Assembly (NCBI GenBank): GCA_030647115.1
Contig: JAUSJZ010000040.1
Span: 1-56,874, forward strand
Reading direction: 5' to 3'
Origin: a bacterium
Lineage (GTDB): Bacteria > Patescibacteriota > UBA1384 > CAILIB01 > JAUSJZ01
Length of the DNA: 56,874 nucleotides
Shown: positions 55,414 through 56,874 of the stretch, in pieces
Position numbering within the stretch: the first letter of the stretch is position 1
Layout: each line of letters starts with the position of its first letter
Translations under genes and position numbers: made by a program
Notes under the pieces: generated by a model
What the model saw: only the letters and a program-made list of their open reading frames with translations
Told to the model about the DNA's origin: nothing
Database searches by the model: none

Positions 55414-55444
55414 CTAAGGTTAGAGTTGGATCGGGAAAGGCAAG

Positions 55445-56161
55445 TTACGGACCCGTCCGGGCGAAACCGTAACCTTGTGAACCAAAGTTGTATCGACCAC
55501 CGCGTAGATCCTCGATCCCCTTTCTCTCCCTCTCCGCTGTTCGACAATAGGCCTTGGAAATCAGCAGTTCCTGCAAGGTTGCGCACAGTTTTGGCTCGTA
55601 ATGCATCAAGACCATCTCGGAAGCCACAAACTCTACTCGGCAACAGGCCAGACTGGGCTCGGCCGCCAGAGCAGACTGTAAGAACTCGCGACAGCGGGGT
55701 AAATGGACCGTTACCGAAACGATAGTAACGTTGTGCAGCTTATTGTCACGAGCGAGAAATAGGGTCTGAACGAGATCATCCCGAGTATTCTTGTTTTGGT
55801 CTTGGATAACGACTCGAGTGGAATCGGACAAGACCACCTGCTGGGTGAAGCGGCCAAGCATGATCTTTCCCTCGCTCAAAGTGGGATCCGGATCGCTAAG
55901 CAGATAGTTGGGCCGGCCGGCCGCAAATACCAGTACGGCGGGAGGTTGTCCTTGATCGTGGAGCCAAACCGCCGCCCGAACATTGTACTCACCACCGGCG
56001 ATAACCACCCGACCATCGTCGCTGTTGCACTCGATTCCCGGTATACGCTCACCCGGGTGTCCGCCCTGCTCGGACAACTGCTCAATCGCCTGGGTCGGCT
56101 CCCATACTCCCTCAACCTTCTCGATGCCTCGGCCAAATACACACAGCACACTGGGTGACAT
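55445..56161 (-). CDS. YdcF/ElyC/SanA (DUF218)-like protein
   Basis: VLCVFGRG, NVRAAVWL, VFAAG, SEGKIM, IQDQNKNTRDDL (E..S.NT.EN-like), IVSVTVHLPRC (VTS..H..R-like). Confidence 0.7.
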   Translation of the reverse strand: MSPSVLCVFGRGIEKVEGVWEPTQAIEQLSEQGGHPGERIPGIECNSDDGRVVIAGGEYNVRAAVWLHDQGQPPAVLVFAAGRPNYLLSDPDPTLSEGKIMLGRFTQQVVLSDSTRVVIQDQNKNTRDDLVQTLFLARDNKLHNVTIVSVTVHLPRCREFLQSALAAEPSLACCRVEFVASEMVLMHYEPKLCATLQELLISKAYCRTAERERKGIEDLRGGRYNFGSQGYGFARTGP

Positions 56162-56272
56162 GGACAAATCCTCTCTGCTCTATGAGCAACTAAATACTAC
56201 TACACTAGCCGGCAATTGTCAATCTGGTGGTTACCTGACATACTCTAAAAGATCAGTCGGATGGTCACACCG

Positions 56273-56362
56273 GGAGAGGTGCTGGAGTGGTTGATCAGGA
56301 TAGTCTCGAAAACTATTGGGGGCGTAAGCCCCTCGTGGGTTCAAATCCCACCCTCTCCGCCA
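56273..56362 (+). tRNA. tRNA-Ser (anticodon CGA), long variable arm, CCA encoded
   Basis: GGAGAGG/CCTCTCC acceptor stem, ATAGT-CTCGAAA-ACTAT anticodon arm, GGGGC-GTAA-GCCCC variable arm, GTGGG-TTCAAAT-CCCAC T arm, GCCA end; 90 nt. Confidence 0.96.
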
Positions 56363-56874
56363 AACGTGACGATGGGTTTTTGTAAGTCCAATATTGCGCT
56401 ATAGAAAGGGCTTATTGGGGTGTTCGAATAACCATTTCGGCCATACGGCATACCAGAGGGGAATATCGAACACAACAAGACTCTAATCTGGTGGAGGGTG
56501 GACGTGGCAAAGGTCTCCGCCACGTTGTTAAGTTTTTCCTGGATGAAGTCTGTGATCTTCTCCAGATTGTATTTTGTTAACAGCTCATCATCTTTAGCAA
56601 TCTGAACCACTTTGATCTTATCTTCCAACAGTTTGTTCTGCTCCTTAAACATCTCATCGGTATATACTCCCGTGAGATTTTTCTCAATCAGTGCCTGTCG
56701 CAGCTCGTATAGGCTCTTTAACTCCTCATCGGCCTCCTCCCGTCTCTTCTGCAAATCAGCCACTCGCTGGTAGTACTTCCGGCGCAACCAGGTGACGAGC
56801 AGCTCCACGGTTTTTTCTGTAAAAGCGATACTGTGCAGAAGTTCGGTTGTCTCCACTGTTAAGTCCTTTCTCCC
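56341..56874 (-). CDS. C-terminal coiled-coil portion of a probable large serine recombinase (integrase), truncated by the window edge
   Basis: Frame is open to 56874. Coiled-coil pattern LRQALIEKNLTGVYTDEMFKEQNKLLEDKI and IRVLLCSIF resemble large serine recombinase C-termini; the gene points into a tRNA 3' end. Catalytic domain not visible. Confidence 0.65.
   Translation of the reverse strand, partial: GRKDLTVETTELLHSIAFTEKTVELLVTWLRRKYYQRVADLQKRREEADEELKSLYELRQALIEKNLTGVYTDEMFKEQNKLLEDKIKVVQIAKDDELLTKYNLEKITDFIQEKLNNVAETFATSTLHQIRVLLCSIFPSGMPYGRNGYSNTPISPFYSAILDLQKPIVTFGGEGGI
56341..56874. mobile_element. Left boundary (att junction) of a probable element integrated at tRNA-Ser
   Basis: Recombinase-like gene abuts and overlaps the tRNA 3' end with no terminator between; the second att copy is not in the window. 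Confidence 0.55.

Noticed and set aside
55326-56294. Overlapping alternative ORFs around the YdcF-like gene (55426-55725+, 55796-56158+, 55983-56294+)
   Set aside because: The minus-strand 55445-56161 frame carries DUF218-like motifs and an upstream AGAGG; the others have no recognisable features.
1-56874. CRISPR array, rRNA, IS transposase, retron/DGR or phage structural genes
   Set aside because: No regularly spaced direct repeats, rRNA-like segments or corresponding protein motifs were seen; nearly all sequence is explained by the listed genes.
1-56874. Alternative genetic code (UGA=Gly, as in Gracilibacteria/Absconditabacteria)
   Set aside because: Long conserved genes are intact in code 11, and TGA acts as a stop at natural gene ends and ATGA overlaps (e.g. 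20074, 24222, 37289).

Overview
Gene-dense bacterial window in genetic code 11. The style (short or overlapping genes, split comEC, VanW and DUF4012 proteins, few Shine-Dalgarno sites) suggests a Patescibacteria/CPR genome; this is an inference. The left ~11 kb holds an edge-truncated histidine kinase, tRNA-Lys(UUU), a grpE-orf-dnaK-dnaJ operon, split comEC, yebC, ruvC and a VanW-family protein. About 11.4-55.4 kb is a large surface-glycan locus. It contains two Wzx-type flippases, an O-antigen ligase/polymerase-like protein, a small Wzz-like protein, six GT4 genes (one a double-domain fusion), four GT2 genes (one GtrA-fused) and four SAM methyltransferases. It also contains five large polytopic GT-C-like proteins (four of them paralogous and AftD/YfhO-like), ugd plus UDP-xylose synthase, and gmhA/hddA-like/gmhB heptose genes. 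A Phd-RelE toxin-antitoxin pair, a Nudix hydrolase and a repeat-containing secreted RlpA-like protein interrupt the locus. The right end has tRNA-Ser(CGA), overlapped antisense by the C-terminus of a probable large serine recombinase, marking the edge of an integrated element. Non-coding highlights are direct and inverted copies of the tRNA-Lys 5' end in its own leader, many -10 boxes 6-8 nt from start codons (probable leaderless mRNAs), a non-CIRCE dyad in the chaperone promoter, a 90-nt hairpin, and two small SD-led ORFs with terminators. All calls come from motif recognition by eye; no database searches were run.
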